This document shows positions 1 to 29,073 of a stretch of 64,000 bases of DNA, piece after piece. This stretch comes from Phoronis australis. Taxonomy: Eukaryota; Animalia; Phoronida. The notes beneath the pieces were generated by a model. It was not told the DNA's origin, made no database searches, and saw only the letters and a program-made list of their open reading frames with translations. Both the position numbers and the translations under genes were made by a program. Position 1 is the first letter of the stretch. Every line of letters starts with the position of its first letter. The stretch is taken from positions 1,384,710 through 1,448,709 of the forward strand of contig NMRA01000026.1 in NCBI GenBank assembly GCA_002633005.1, read 5' to 3'.

Positions 1-198
1 ACTGCAAATGCCTTGTATCCCACAATCCTTTGTGTATGACATTTTCTGCTATTCGTACATATGTCTATAGTTAGCATAATGTGACATTACCTCTTAGAGA
101 GACTGCTCTAATCTCTCCAAAATGGTAACTAACTAGCCTTAGTGAACACACCCCTGTCTTAACTTAAGCGTTTCTATCGGTACGTTTTTTTTTTCTAG

Positions 199-3186
199 CA
201 GGCCGATGGCATCCTGGATGTGGTGGTCAATGCTAATCCATCCTGTCCACCCTACTCACTGTTCGTGCTTCATGACCTACTGTGTTATCACTACTGTGTC
301 ATGACAGCTGTCCACATCCACTCGTCTGTTAGGCAGGTGCCAGAACCTTTAAAGAACCACTTCGGTCACAATGGTGTAGGCAGTAGGGGGTCCCACCAAA
401 TGGCCGTCACCCTTATTTGGAAGTCAGGTGAGCTCTACTGATAGTCCAGAGTGAGTTTCACATTGTTTGTTGCCAGAAAATATAAAATCTGTTTGAAACC
501 CTCATTCCTTTCAACTTCTAACTTTTAATTTACAATAACTTAACATTATACAGTTAGTCTTAACTTTCTGCTTACTCAGGTATGAGGAGTGATGTCTGGG
601 CTTTTAAATATCTGTTAGGTCATTATTGTTTGAGACTGTGCTTGGTGAATAAAATGACCTGCCTTGACCAATCAACTTGTTGAGCAACAACAAACTGTTG
701 TCTCTTTTCCATGCCCAGAAATCTCCACGAATTTCGAGGAACAAACTTTAAAAGCAATAGTTTCTCACTGACATTTCGGATTTTGAGAAACAATTTGATG
801 CCCTTAATTCATAGGAGAATACTGGTTCTATGGGTTTATGATAACTTTAAATCAATTACACATTGCTACCAAGCTAAGATGCAATTCTCGATTGTTTCCA
901 TGGCGACTTGTGTGATCTTGTCAGTGCAAATTCATGAGTTATGGAATTGTTAACTTTTTTACATCAGTCGCTGATTACAATATTACATGGCTGTTTCCAT
1001 AACAATAAGGTAATGCTTCAGACCTGGAAGAATTTGTTGAGTTTTTATAAGGCTGATCTATAGCACTCGTGGTTGTTATTGTCTGTTGATAGTCTTCTGT
1101 ACTTGTAGTAATTAGCTTTGATCAGAGCTATAAAACAACAGAATTCACTTTCATCATTTTGTGATTTTTATGCACCCAAATATTTATATACGGATGCATT
1201 ATGACGTTATCCTTGCCGTCCAGCGTCTGCTGCTGCATCTCAAAACTCCTCGACAGATATTTGAGAAATTTTTCATGGATGAGATTCATGGGATGGCATG
1301 AGCAAATTTCGAGATGGATCGGACTACCTCCTTGTGGCAATTTTCGTCTTTTATGTTTCCCTTTGTATCTTCAGAGTGCTTTGACAGATTTTCTTGAAAT
1401 TCGTTGAATGGGTATCTTTTAAGGAGATAATGCCGCATTTGATGTGTGTTGCACCACCTAGTGGCTGTTTTGACTGTTTTTTATTTTTTTGAAGTCTGCC
1501 TGTCTATTAGCCAAACCACTTGAGGATGGTTGTGAAAATCATTACACGTGTCACTTCTGGGAAGAGGATGGCTGACGATGATTTACGCACGGCTCTGACT
1601 ACTGTTGTGTCTTTTAGTGACAGTTTTGTTCTTTTGCATCTGCGGCTGTATCTCAGGCAGGCGAAGAAAGAACGGTGAAATTTGGCTTACTGTTGTATTT
1701 CTATGGTAGTGACAACAGACGGGTACAACAACTCCAACAACCACTTTGTCTCATAATGGCAGTTTTGTTTTTGTTATGTTTTCCTCTGTATCTATGGAGT
1801 TCCTTGATGTGTTTTCATGAAATTGGCAAATAGTTTTCTGTTATAAGCCGCTGACGCTGTGCCATCTTCAGATAGATTTGATTTATTGTACTCCACCTAG
1901 TGCCCATATTTACTGTTTGCAAGACTGTTTTTGGCATCTGCCGCTCTATCGGCCAAAACATTCTAAGAGTTATAAATCAAAAATTAATATACAATGATTT
2001 TAGACAGCCCCAACTGCTGTGGCTTCCCCTTGTGAAAGTTTGTTTTTTTTTTTTTCATCCACAGCTGTATCTCCTAACTCTCTTGCAAGATCTTTGTTAA
2101 ATTGACTGCTTTATTTCTAGGAACCTGACAACAGATCAACTTTCGGATAGATCCAATTTGTTTCGTGCCCCCTAGTGGCAATTCTAGTTTTTCATGTTTT
2201 CCTCCGAATCTTCCGAGTTCCTTGACAGACATTCTTAACCTGACGTCTAGTGAGTTACTGATGTATCTTGCCTGCACTTAGACAGGCAGACCTATGTTTG
2301 CAATCCAGTTCAACTGGCACTTGAGAAGCACCCATCCATGTTGGTTGGATGTGTTATATGTAGATGCTGATAGCAATGTTGGTGGGAGATTATTGACAAC
2401 TATGTCTTGTAGTTTTTATTGCCACTCTCTGTTCAACCACATGTAGTAACTGTTTGGGGAACTATATTCATGAACATTCTTTATTACATTAAGTACCAAA
2501 GAGTGACTGGTGAAGATTACGCTTGTAATATGTCAACGGTTCATCCTTTGGTGATGATTTTTACCAAGTTACTTTCCAAATAAATGACAACATTTTCATG
2601 ATTGGTCTCCAATATTAAAATAAAGTTCAGGTATTCCCAGTTCAGAATTGAGCCTTATTGCCATGTTCTTACAAGTTCAAGGGAAATTTTTTTTTTTTTG
2701 TTTTGATATCCTGTGGTTTACTGTAAAAGTTTTTGGACTGGTTTCACTTGATTAATCGTAATTGGTTGTTTTTATTCTCCCCATATTTCAGTGGAAGGTG
2801 GCCCTGTTATGATGGTTGATGCCCACAAACAAGCTCCCATTGTTGGTGAGGCAAACATCGCCCGTTTTTTAGGCAGGCTACTCAGTCCAGCGTACGATGA
2901 CTGTGATCCAGTCACAGCCACAGAAATCGACAACTGGCTTGATGTAGCCAGTGGACAGATACTGAATGGTAACAGTAAAGAAAAGGCAGCTGCCCTCCGA
3001 TCGTTGAATTCTCGTCTCGGCAAGAACAAGTGGCTCATTGGCGATGCATTGTCATTGGCTGACATTGTCATGTGGTCCGCAGTGTTGCAAGCAGGCTTGA
3101 AAGATGGCGCTCCAGCAAATGTAAAAACGTGGCTGAAAGAATGTGGTACCCAGTCGTGTTTTAAAACAGCACTGCAATACCTGTGA
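199..3186 (+). CDS. AIMP2: Aminoacyl-tRNA synthetase complex-interacting multifunctional protein 2 (p38), last two coding exons; 5' part lies outside the window. Exons 199(or 202)..427 and 2792..3186
   Basis: Exon peptide ADGILDVVVNANPSCPPYSLFVLHDLL...TAVHIHSSV...TLIWKS resembles vertebrate AIMP2 ([22 protein letters not shown]...STVHTHSSV...TLIWK). The last exon is a GST-C-like domain (PIVGEANIARFLGRLL, IDNWLD, LRSLNSRLGKNKWLIGDALSLADIVMWS). GT-AG intron, phase 1 on both sides, TGA stop. Confidence 0.93.
1168..2235 (-). mobile_element. Helentron-associated (HINE/DINE-like) non-autonomous element, degenerate copy in the AIMP2 intron
   Basis: Reverse-complement homology to 29074-30730 and 47652-48730 (CCCCCTAGTGGCAATT, CACCACCTAGTGGC motifs); decayed terminal stem-loop near 1170-1200. 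Boundaries approximate. Confidence 0.65.
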
Positions 3187-3459
3187 TTGTGCAGGACTGA
3201 GTTGATCTGAGCTGTGTAATTCAACATATTTATTGTGCTTTTGCACATTTTTGAGCTGCATTCAAGATCTTACTCTTGTCCTAAGTAATTGAATTCTGTT
3301 ATCTAATAATTGGTATTAATTTTTATTTCAAACCTTTTTGACCACCAAGTAGTGACAGTTCCAGAAACTATTACATTGTTAACTTGAATGTTGTATGGGT
3401 AAATATCTCATTCAAAAACTCCTGTGCTGTTCTCTAGCATGAAATGAGAGCTACGGTAT

Positions 3460-3570
3460 CGGTAATGGTCTGATATAACGTGCCCGAATTTTGAGAACCA
3501 GTTTTCCCCACTAAATAACAGGCATCAAACTGGTTCTCAAAATGTGGGCACGTTATATCAGACTATTCCC
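3460..3570. mobile_element. Hairpin MITE of about 110 bp in the probable AIMP2 3'UTR
   Basis: Arms GTCTGATATAACGTGCCCGAATTTTGAGAACCAGTTT / AAACTGGTTCTCAAAATGTGGGCACGTTATATCAGAC; second copy at 46270-46370. Confidence 0.75.
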
Positions 3571-5049
3571 ATGATATCAGTGAAATATTGTCATTGAGTT
3601 TACAAGTGCGCCATGTGCCTTCCTCCTTATGCGTAGTTAACCATCTGTTGCTTCACAATCTACCTTATTGTCTACATATGTGACAACGAAGCTTAGGTTG
3701 GCCTATCAACATGTGCTAAGTTCTGTGATCATGTAGTGCTTTTCCATTTATAAAAATCTGATAGATGTAGTTTATCCCATTTCAACTCAGATTTCACAAC
3801 AGTGTTTGGATTTTGTGTTAAGAATAAAAATAAATGCTTTCGTGTAAACTTTTTACAAGTCATATTTAGCAAAACAGTCTGTACAGTTCTAGGTTTTGCA
3901 TGCTGTAATCATGGCATTGCTTAACAATACATTTTAACAAAGTAACACCATCTCTTTTTACAAAAACATGGCCACATGCTATGCAATCAGTTTTAATCAA
4001 GATGCATTTAAATATGGCAATAACAAACATTTTATTTTCATTTTAATGAGCTTTGAAAGCTTTTACAATAAAATAACAATTGCCTGGCACAAGTCATATA
4101 CACCACCAGACAAAACAACAATCTTTAATAAATTCACATGAAACAAAGTTATTGTTTACTTTGACTGAAAAAGCACTAAGCTGGCAAAGCAGCTATAAAC
4201 TGGCCTTCCATCACAAAGAAGCCAACTTCAGACTTGGCTGACTTCGGTAATAAAAATTGGCTTTTCCTTACGAGAAGTGATATCTGGGCTTGTAAAAAAT
4301 GACTAGCCAACTTGTGAAGCCTGATTTTTAGCAATAATGAGAAGTCGGTTCTTTCCACTCCTTGAAATCAAATTTTTCTACGGAATAATTTAAAAACAAG
4401 TTTTCCAAATCAAAAGATGGTCATCAAGCCGGCTGACATCCGCTTAAACCAACCACCAGTCGATCAGCTGTCAAATTAGAATACCACTATCTGACTGTAT
4501 GTTGATTAGAATTAGCTGATTTCGAGTCAAACATTCAAACACAGATAACTACAATTGAAACAGAACATACATGAGAAAGTAAACTTGAGAGTCACTATCA
4601 AAAGTGAAAATGGATGATGATAACAGATCTTTTGGACTATGGGAAATATATTACAAAACCACCAACTGGGAATTTCCGTAATAAGGCTTCCCCCAAATTT
4701 GACACTACGTATGGAAAAATTTTTGGAATACAGGCCCATGGTCTACACTAAAATATTTTAAAGTTTTTTGAAACTAACTGGGTCAGCAAGCATCTCACAA
4801 AAACACTAAAGGCTTTATGAGAATTAGTGTCGTAACTCTCTCAACACTTGTTCCTCATTCCACGTCAACCGCTGACACACTGCTCATTCACAGGCCCCCT
4901 CAGTGTTTCCTCATTCACAGGCCCCCCCTGTTTCCTCAAGTATGCCCAGGCTCTGCATATTTGCAGTACCAGAAAGATGAGAAACATATGCTCTGGGTTT
5001 TACCATAAATTCTTGGTATAAAAGGAATAAATAGAATTCTTGAAAATCA

Positions 5050-5375
5050 TAGCTGTATTCCACCCTGTTTAGCTGGTTAAAAACGAATAATCCCTTTTAC
5101 CAGTTCATTAATTTGATCTAATAATACATAATTTCCTTCACTTGTTCATATCCCAAGCAATGCATACTGCATGTACTATTTGATTTCACAATTTAGAGTA
5201 GGCCAACCCAAATAAACTAGCGTTTGCTTAATTTGCTGGTTTAGGTATTGATGTTCTTGTAGGTAAAAAATCAGTAATCCACTCACGGTTAGGAATATTA
5301 CGAGACCCATTTTATGAGAGTAAGGACTAATTTGATTTTCGATTTCAAGCCAGCTAAACAGGGCAAAATGCAGCT
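5050..5375. mobile_element. MITE with TIRs of about 26 bp or more
   Basis: AGCTGTATTCCACCCTGTTTAGCTGG / CCAGCTAAACAGGGCAAAATGCAGCT. Confidence 0.6.
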
Positions 5376-5760
5376 TTAAAATATGTGGACTGGAACATTG
5401 AAGACATCAAGTTGAGTTCGCTTCACATAATTCTGTAATTATACAACTCTTTTGGAAGGAGAAGTTATGAGCACTAATGTCATAAGTCTGATGACAAGAA
5501 GCTCAACAGTATTCCAGAAACATACAAAATAAGTATACTTGACACTACACAAAACATTTTAAGGCCCATGCAGAACCATTGCTCTGGTTCATGCTTTGGT
5601 GTAGAACCATTAGTTTTGGTCCTTAAACTTAATATTCCTAATTACACATAACTTGACACAAGTTGAGACCAATGATTATTTCAATAGGACCATTCATAGC
5701 TCTTAAGCATTCCATTTTGAAGTTATCAATTTCGGCTTCAATTGGCACAACATGGGACCC

Positions 5761-6132
5761 TGTGCCCGGTTGCATGAAACAGTCCCAAATAGGAACTCAA
5801 CTAAGGTCCCTAAGTCTTTTTGCATATTTGTGGCTTTATGGACTCACAGGTGCAATATTTTTCTATCATTTCATCTTTATCGAGAGATCCTATTTGATTA
5901 TTTTTAATGACATTTTCTAATAATATAACTAAAATCTGAGCCCACAGTTTATTGAAAATAAATAGGGACTCAGTCCTTAAATTGGGGGTGTTGCATGAAA
6001 AGATTCCTAATTATTTTCCATCATATTGACAATTCAATGTAGAGTTCACTCTCGATTAGTGTCAAAGTCAAAAGTTGACTTAGGGAACTTAGTTGAATCC
6101 CTATTTGGGACTGTTTCATGCAACCGGACACA
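5761..6132. mobile_element. MITE with TIRs of about 55 bp, downstream of the GAA stop codon
   Basis: CCGGTTGCATGAAACAGTCCCAAATAGG..TCAACTAAG.TCCCTAAGTC / GACTTAGGGAACTTAGTTGA..CCTATTTGGGACTGTTTCATGCAACCGG. Confidence 0.75.
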
Positions 6133-6445
6133 TAACTAAACACACCGATGTCAGCAAACTTGCATTTAAAAGGAAGGTGACTACCATTGAGAACAGCAAT
6201 ACATAAAATTTGATAACATTAAACATGATAAAGAAATGAAAGTACATGTTCTGAAGTTGTGTACAAGTTTTATGAACACATAACTAGACGAGACTGACTA
6301 GTCGAGACAGAAAATGCAAGAATTAAAAAGGAAAGGGTCCTAAATAATGGGTTGATTGATAATGGATTGATTTATTGATTATTTAAGACTATCCACAAGA
6401 ACAAATGAATAATAATACCAAAACATTTAGAAGTTGAGATTTGAA

Positions 6446-23529
<17,084 letters not shown>

Positions 23530-24009
23530 CACTTGTGCATGTATTTAATGCTGCTTCAGTAGATTCTGAAATAATATAAATAAATGAAATAATTTCCAAT
23601 TTTAGAATTCTTTCGAGATCTGATGAAAACTGAAATCATTTCAAGAAAATGATAGACCTATATAGTTGCAATTGCAAATTCCGAATCACACAAATAACGC
23701 AGTTCTCAGTGGTGGCCCATGCACAATCACCCTGAAATATATCACCTTAGTCCATAGTCCATACTCCATATCACATTATCACAGACAATTGAACACTCAG
23801 AGACAAAGACAGATTATTAACTCAGGAAAAATTACCAAATTCAACAAACAAACATTAATAAAGCCTGAACAATGAAAGTCTTGTCGGACTCTGACTCATG
23901 AGGCAATATTGGAATTCAAACTCAACATAAAACAAATTTCTCACCAACTTGCAATCTATTCAAATATTCTTTAACAAATGTAATATTGCGCTACACTTTA
24001 TATGTACTA

Positions 24010-24150
24010 CTTGGTCACGTTACCATCGATCACATGATTTCCCGGATTTTAACCCACAATATCCCGCAGAAAAATCAACAACAGCACTCGGTCACGACCT
24101 CCTGAACCTGCTATGTTTTGATTATTTGATCAAACGACAGACGTCACTGC
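24010..24150 (-). promoter_or_regulatory. Probable GAA promoter/first-exon region with CLEAR/M-box-like and CRE-like motifs
   Basis: GGTCACGTTA (24013), ATCACATGAT (24029), GGTCACGACC (24090) and GACGTCA (24140) cluster about 0.5 kb upstream of the acceptor of the first coding exon. Confidence 0.45.
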
Positions 24151-24618
24151 TATCAGTGCTTCACTGTTGTTTATGTCGAATGAATGCGTAGTTGATGGGC
24201 GTGTTCAGGTGTTTGCCAAGTGAAAACCAACCCATTGCGAATAAAAATTGTTAACCTTAATCACTAGAGAAGATTGAAGCATACGCTAACATTATGAGAT
24301 CTAAAAATATAGGAAATCTTTACGTTCTAACGCACCTCGAACAAACAGGATGTTTGTGCTGCCACCTGTACACACACCAACATGTGGAGAAAAAGCTTGT
24401 TGAAAGCTCTAGTTTAGCAGAGATTTAATGCGATAACGGCTGATTCTTGAAAACACGGCTGAGGTAATAATACACAACTTAATGGAGGCATTGTATACAC
24501 AGTGATCTGGTTATTTATTTTTTACGATTGTTATCCCATGACTACTATGACCCATGTTATCTTCAGAACGATTCTGTAGTCAAGATATCTAGACGACTAC
24601 AGTAGCGTACAATACTTG

Positions 24619-25048
24619 TATTGTTGTGTGAACTTGGAATCCTGCTTAATCTCAAGATCGCGTATGCATGAACTTGGAATTGAACATATATTTGGGTAAT
24701 CAGGTGAAATTTTTTGTTCAGCGTCAAGAATTTTTGTAATTATTGGTCCTGTAATCACTCACTTTCTCCTTTACCGTAACTTGTGTCAAAGAATCGGAGG
24801 AATTTGTGATTGGTTAAAACAATTATTGTTTAGTGAATAAGATCGTCAATAGCTGATGAAGATTAGTTGAATTTTACGGTATTTTAATAACATATAATTT
24901 GGTTTAGTGCAGTTCAAATTTTTATCCACGTGAACGTGATTATTTGAGTGAACTTTTCAAGTTTCCTTATGTATTCCAAGTTCACGCAACACTCACTTCC
25001 GCTTAATCTTGAGATTAAGCAGGATTCCAAGTTCACGCTCAACAGTAC
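24619..25048. mobile_element. MITE with TIRs of about 40 bp and a repeated sub-terminal GAACTTGGAAT motif, abutting the family A element
   Basis: GTGAACTTGGAATCCTGCTTAATCTCAAGAT / ATCTTGAGATTAAGCAGGATTCCAAGTTCAC. Confidence 0.72.
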
Positions 25049-25060
25049 TACTCTAACCTC

Positions 25061-25982
25061 TAGGCAATGACCATCGCCTCTGTTGGCCCGAACTAGAGGC
25101 GATGCAGAGGCTATAGGCGCTCTGTACGCCGGAAGCTTTTCGGCGAATTATGCCTCGCACCGACTAAACCAACAAAGTCACGTTGTTATAAATACCTTTT
25201 GCGAATAGAGGAACACCTTAGGAGGTTGTCGATGTGTTTAAGTCCTTCCAACTCAAACAAATACTCCCGTTATGAAACTTTATCTTCGATCAGTCCCTAT
25301 TTCAGTTCCCAAAATCGTGAAATCAAAATTTTTGTACTGCGCACGCTCCAATTTTTACCGCGCTCGCTAGGTGATGTGACTTCATAACCTCAATAATTTT
25401 TAAATAGGCCAAAGGTGAGCCATTGCGGTCTTGTCAGTCAAATGTTCGTTTCCAAAATGCCACCACTTATACTTGTCTTTAATTGGCGTTACTTGAAACT
25501 GATTGTATTTCAATGAATTATTGATTGTATTTGATAAAAATAAATGCTGTTGATATGACATTTAATAGTCTTTGTGCACATATTTGACATTTTAATGTTT
25601 AACAACACGGCAAATGCACGACTGGTTCCCGGCAGCACGTACGCGAAGGGCAGGAACTTCAGCTTTCAAATTTCGCCGGTAGGTCCGCAACTTCTGAACT
25701 TCGGCCTGGTTAAAAAATGAAAAAGTTGATTTCACGATTTTGGGAACTGAAATAGGGACTGCTCGAAGAAAAAGTTTGATAATGGGAGTATTTGTTCGAG
25801 TTGGAAGGAATTACACACATCGACAACCTCCTCAGGTGTTCCTCTATGCGCAATAGGTATTTATAACAACGTGACTTTGATGGTTTAGTCGGTGCGAGGC
25901 ATAATTCGCCGAAAAGCTTCCAGCGCCTATAGCCTCTGCATCGCCTCTGGTTCGGGCCAACAGAGGCGATGGTCATTGCCTA
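25061..25982. mobile_element. Non-autonomous DNA transposon with TIRs of about 270 bp, TAG..CTA termini and a 10-bp TSD (AcademH-like or MULE-like), family A
   Basis: TAGGCAATGACCATCGCCTCTGTTGGCCCGAAC... is inverted at both ends; CTCTAACCTC is duplicated at 25051-25060 and 25983-25992. Confidence 0.8.
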
Positions 25983-26113
25983 CTCTAACCTCTAGAGTGT
26001 ACGCCTCTGACCTGTGATTTCTATGGCCTAAAATAGTCCTATTTGGGCAATACTAGTAAGTTACAAATTATGAGTAATGAGGCTTGAAGTGGGATCTTCA
26101 GCATTCGTGGCTT

Positions 26114-26832
26114 TAGGCAATTACATCGCCCTGAATTCTGGAAGCATACAGGGACGTTATTACATCCCCATAAAATGTTACTCATTTCAAAATACAACAG
26201 ACAACATCAAATGAAACATGCATATATGCTCGTGGAGTTGTAATTAACACATACCATGACTCCCGTCAACATAACTTGAACATATCCATAAAAATCCGAT
26301 CATGGTTCGCTCAAGTTTCTCTCACCAGGTGACATTTTGAGGAAGTTACATGAAATCACACCTGTTGAAGAACAAAAAGGCCAAGGGACACAAATCTAAC
26401 AAATTCCACCCGATATCTTCCCATGCTATTTTGCAAAGTGTCACGCACCACGTCACGTGCTTTGCTCAGTCTTGCGCTAGCCTTTGCCTAACTCATGTGA
26501 CTCAGTTGAAATATTTGAGGTTATCGCGTGCACGATGAAAAAGTTTATCGGTGACCAAAAATGTGGAGTTGGAATTCTTTGCCAAAATCACCTTAATTCT
26601 CATGCTTCATCGAAGATATCTGTAGAAGCAGAAAGGATCACTGAAGAAAGTAAGCGCCTTTTTAAGTGATAGTTTAAAGTGGAGAATGTATTTTTGACGA
26701 GGTCAAAACTCTTAATCGGTGAGCAGATTTCGCCTACTGCTCGTTTAAAATACGTGAAACGAAATTCATACAGAAAGCGATGGGAAGTATTGTAATCCCT
26801 AACCGGCCAACCGAGGGGCTACGTGTTGCCTA
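26114..26832 (+). mobile_element. Non-autonomous DNA transposon with TAGGCAA termini, family B
   Basis: TAGGCAATTACAT...ACGTGTTGCCTA ends; colinear in reverse with 56616-58593. No clear TSD at this copy. Confidence 0.72.
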
Positions 26833-27213
26833 CCAAATCTTCGGCCAAGAGGCAATTGTGTTTGCCTGGACAGCAATTGTACATAACTCCAAGACAGTAC
26901 CATTGTCTCAACGGGCTGCAGTTAGTCTCTTTAATTCCTTCCAACCTTAACAAGTACTCATTTTTTTCAAACATTTCTTTGTTCAGTTGCCCATTTTGGC
27001 AACTGGTCATTTTTACTCTGCTTGCGCCAGGGGATATGACAGGAGCATTGTGAACGTTTTATGTTTTTACCGAACAATTTAATTTCCCAAAGGCCGTTCA
27101 CACTGTGGTTTGCTTAGAATGCTCTGAAGATTTCCCTTCTATTACAAAGTTCTTCTTTTCTATACTAGTAGACAGCTTTATATCGTCTTGTCTGGTATTT
27201 CAGGTCACATAAA

Positions 27214-27720
27214 ATGGCTTCTTCTGATAATAAACCATGTAAATGTCAGAGGAAAGAAGATTTGAGCATTACCAGAAAATCTAAGGAACTCTTGAAGGTT
27301 GATCCTAACTCCAACCCGTTTGAACATACATTGCGCATCAATGGAGACGACAAAGGAAAACTACCCTCGTCAGCGAGAGCAACATTTCGGTTTCCTCAGA
27401 GCTCAGTGTTGCAGCAAGTTAAATCATTCCTTCCAGTGATGGCCGAGGCACAGAAAAGTTTAGAGCAAACTTTGAAATCTTCTCCAGGTGATCTAGACAT
27501 TGAGAATACAGACAATTGTGAGTCTGTAATCGAAATGAACTTGGCCATGGTAGAACAGGATGAATGTAACAGTGACTCTGACTCAGAGCTGAGCTGCTCA
27601 AGTGACGAAGAAATTTCAGTAGGTCAGGAGCCGGTAACAGAGGAGAATTTCCGAATAACACAAAATAACAAATGCCTGTTGAAACCATTAATAGAGGATC
27701 TTACAAAGTCAACAGAATAG
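27214..27720 (+). CDS. NOPCHAP1: NOP protein chaperone 1 (C12orf45/DUF4598 family), 168 aa, single coding exon
   Basis: Core SSVLQQVKSFLPVMAEAQKSLEQ...LDIENTDNCESVIEMNLAMVE followed by an acidic Ser-rich tract resembles the family pattern (LDQVQTFLPQMARANEKL...FNIENID...IQMDVAL). AAAATGG start context; acceptor-like tttcag about 10 nt upstream suggests a 5'UTR intron. Confidence 0.82.
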   Translation: MASSDNKPCKCQRKEDLSITRKSKELLKVDPNSNPFEHTLRINGDDKGKLPSSARATFRFPQSSVLQQVKSFLPVMAEAQKSLEQTLKSSPGDLDIENTDNCESVIEMNLAMVEQDECNSDSDSELSCSSDEEISVGQEPVTEENFRITQNNKCLLKPLIEDLTKSTE

Positions 27721-29073
27721 ACAGCCAGTGGTGAAAGTGTCGAATAGCTGGAGTAAAAGCAATGTTTTAGGTTACCACATTTAGAGACCATGTTTTTTGT
27801 TTTCAAAAACAGTACATTTTAGGAAACAGAAAATTGTTATTTTCTTTTGTAAGTTAGCAAATTCCGTTATACTGAAAGCTGATTAGTGTTACTTGACAGA
27901 AAAAGATGTTTCACTTTTGAAAACTGCCCCTCTCCTCCCCGGATCATACCAGATGTGGTTTGTGACTCAGGGGTTAACAAGTACACATAAGGAGATGGCA
28001 GTTGTGTACTTTTCTACATAGTTTATATGAAAATAGTACGGAGGTGGCTTTAATCACTCGAAGATAGGTTTACTCATTCTGCAGAAATTGCAACAAATTA
28101 ACATATCATGTAACAAATTTCATGGGCTGGCTGGTTTTTCTAGTAAACTTTTGCATATTTGCATATAGGTGAGCTGTACCCACATGATTAAAATTTAGAA
28201 AACCAATTGTAAAACTCTGTCAGAACAATGGAGTCACAACTTTTGTAAAGTGGAAAAACAGACACTGTGGTGGAGATTCCGGAAGTCGATTGTGAATGAT
28301 TGTGTTTTGTGCAGGAATCAGCATTCTTTAGGTGCAATGTCCTTGTTTGCATGATTTTAGTGCTAAATATTTGCTTCATTCTCTCTGAAAAACATTTAAA
28401 AATAACGTGAAATTCTCCTCACTCGGCCCAACAATTCCCTTTAAACGATAAAAAATTTCCTTCAAGATTAGAATCGGTTTCAACTCAGACACTAGACAGC
28501 ATTTATTTTCCTTGATATTGGACCATTATCCATTGGAGCTGAGATCAGTGTAGCATTAGCACTCCTGGTTTCATATGAAAATGTGCGATAAATCAATAAT
28601 TTTCCTTGAATGTAATACTACCCAGTAGTGTTAGTAAAGCTGCTATAAACCTGCCTTCCATCAAAAAAGTTGATCCAGCCCACTTAATATTGTCACAAAT
28701 TGTTCCTTTAGTCGAATGTGAGGTGGTTTCATGGTTGGAAGGAACTAACAGTTAATTATTGCTTGAATTTAGGCTCTGCAAGTTGGCTTGTCACAGCGTG
28801 TCATTTTATGTGCCGAACATGTTCTGAGCGAATAAGGAACTGTCAGTTCTTTGCAAATACAAAAATCACTTCTTATCGGAGTAACAAATTGACGTGCTTT
28901 GTAGCCATAAGTGGTCTAAATCAAAAGTTTTATACTTGGATGGAATGTGAGTTTACAGCTGCATAAGTGCAATGTATTATGTGCTTTTTTAACAAATAAA
29001 TTGTCTTGTTACTAAGAAATGTGTATTGTGGTCAGCATACTACTCACTGGTGCACACCGGTACACTATACATT

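Noticed and set aside
2772-3248. 158-aa antisense ORF over the AIMP2 last exon (similarly 52291-52713 and 31066-31275)
   Set aside because: Shadow ORFs of real exons with no independent coding signal.
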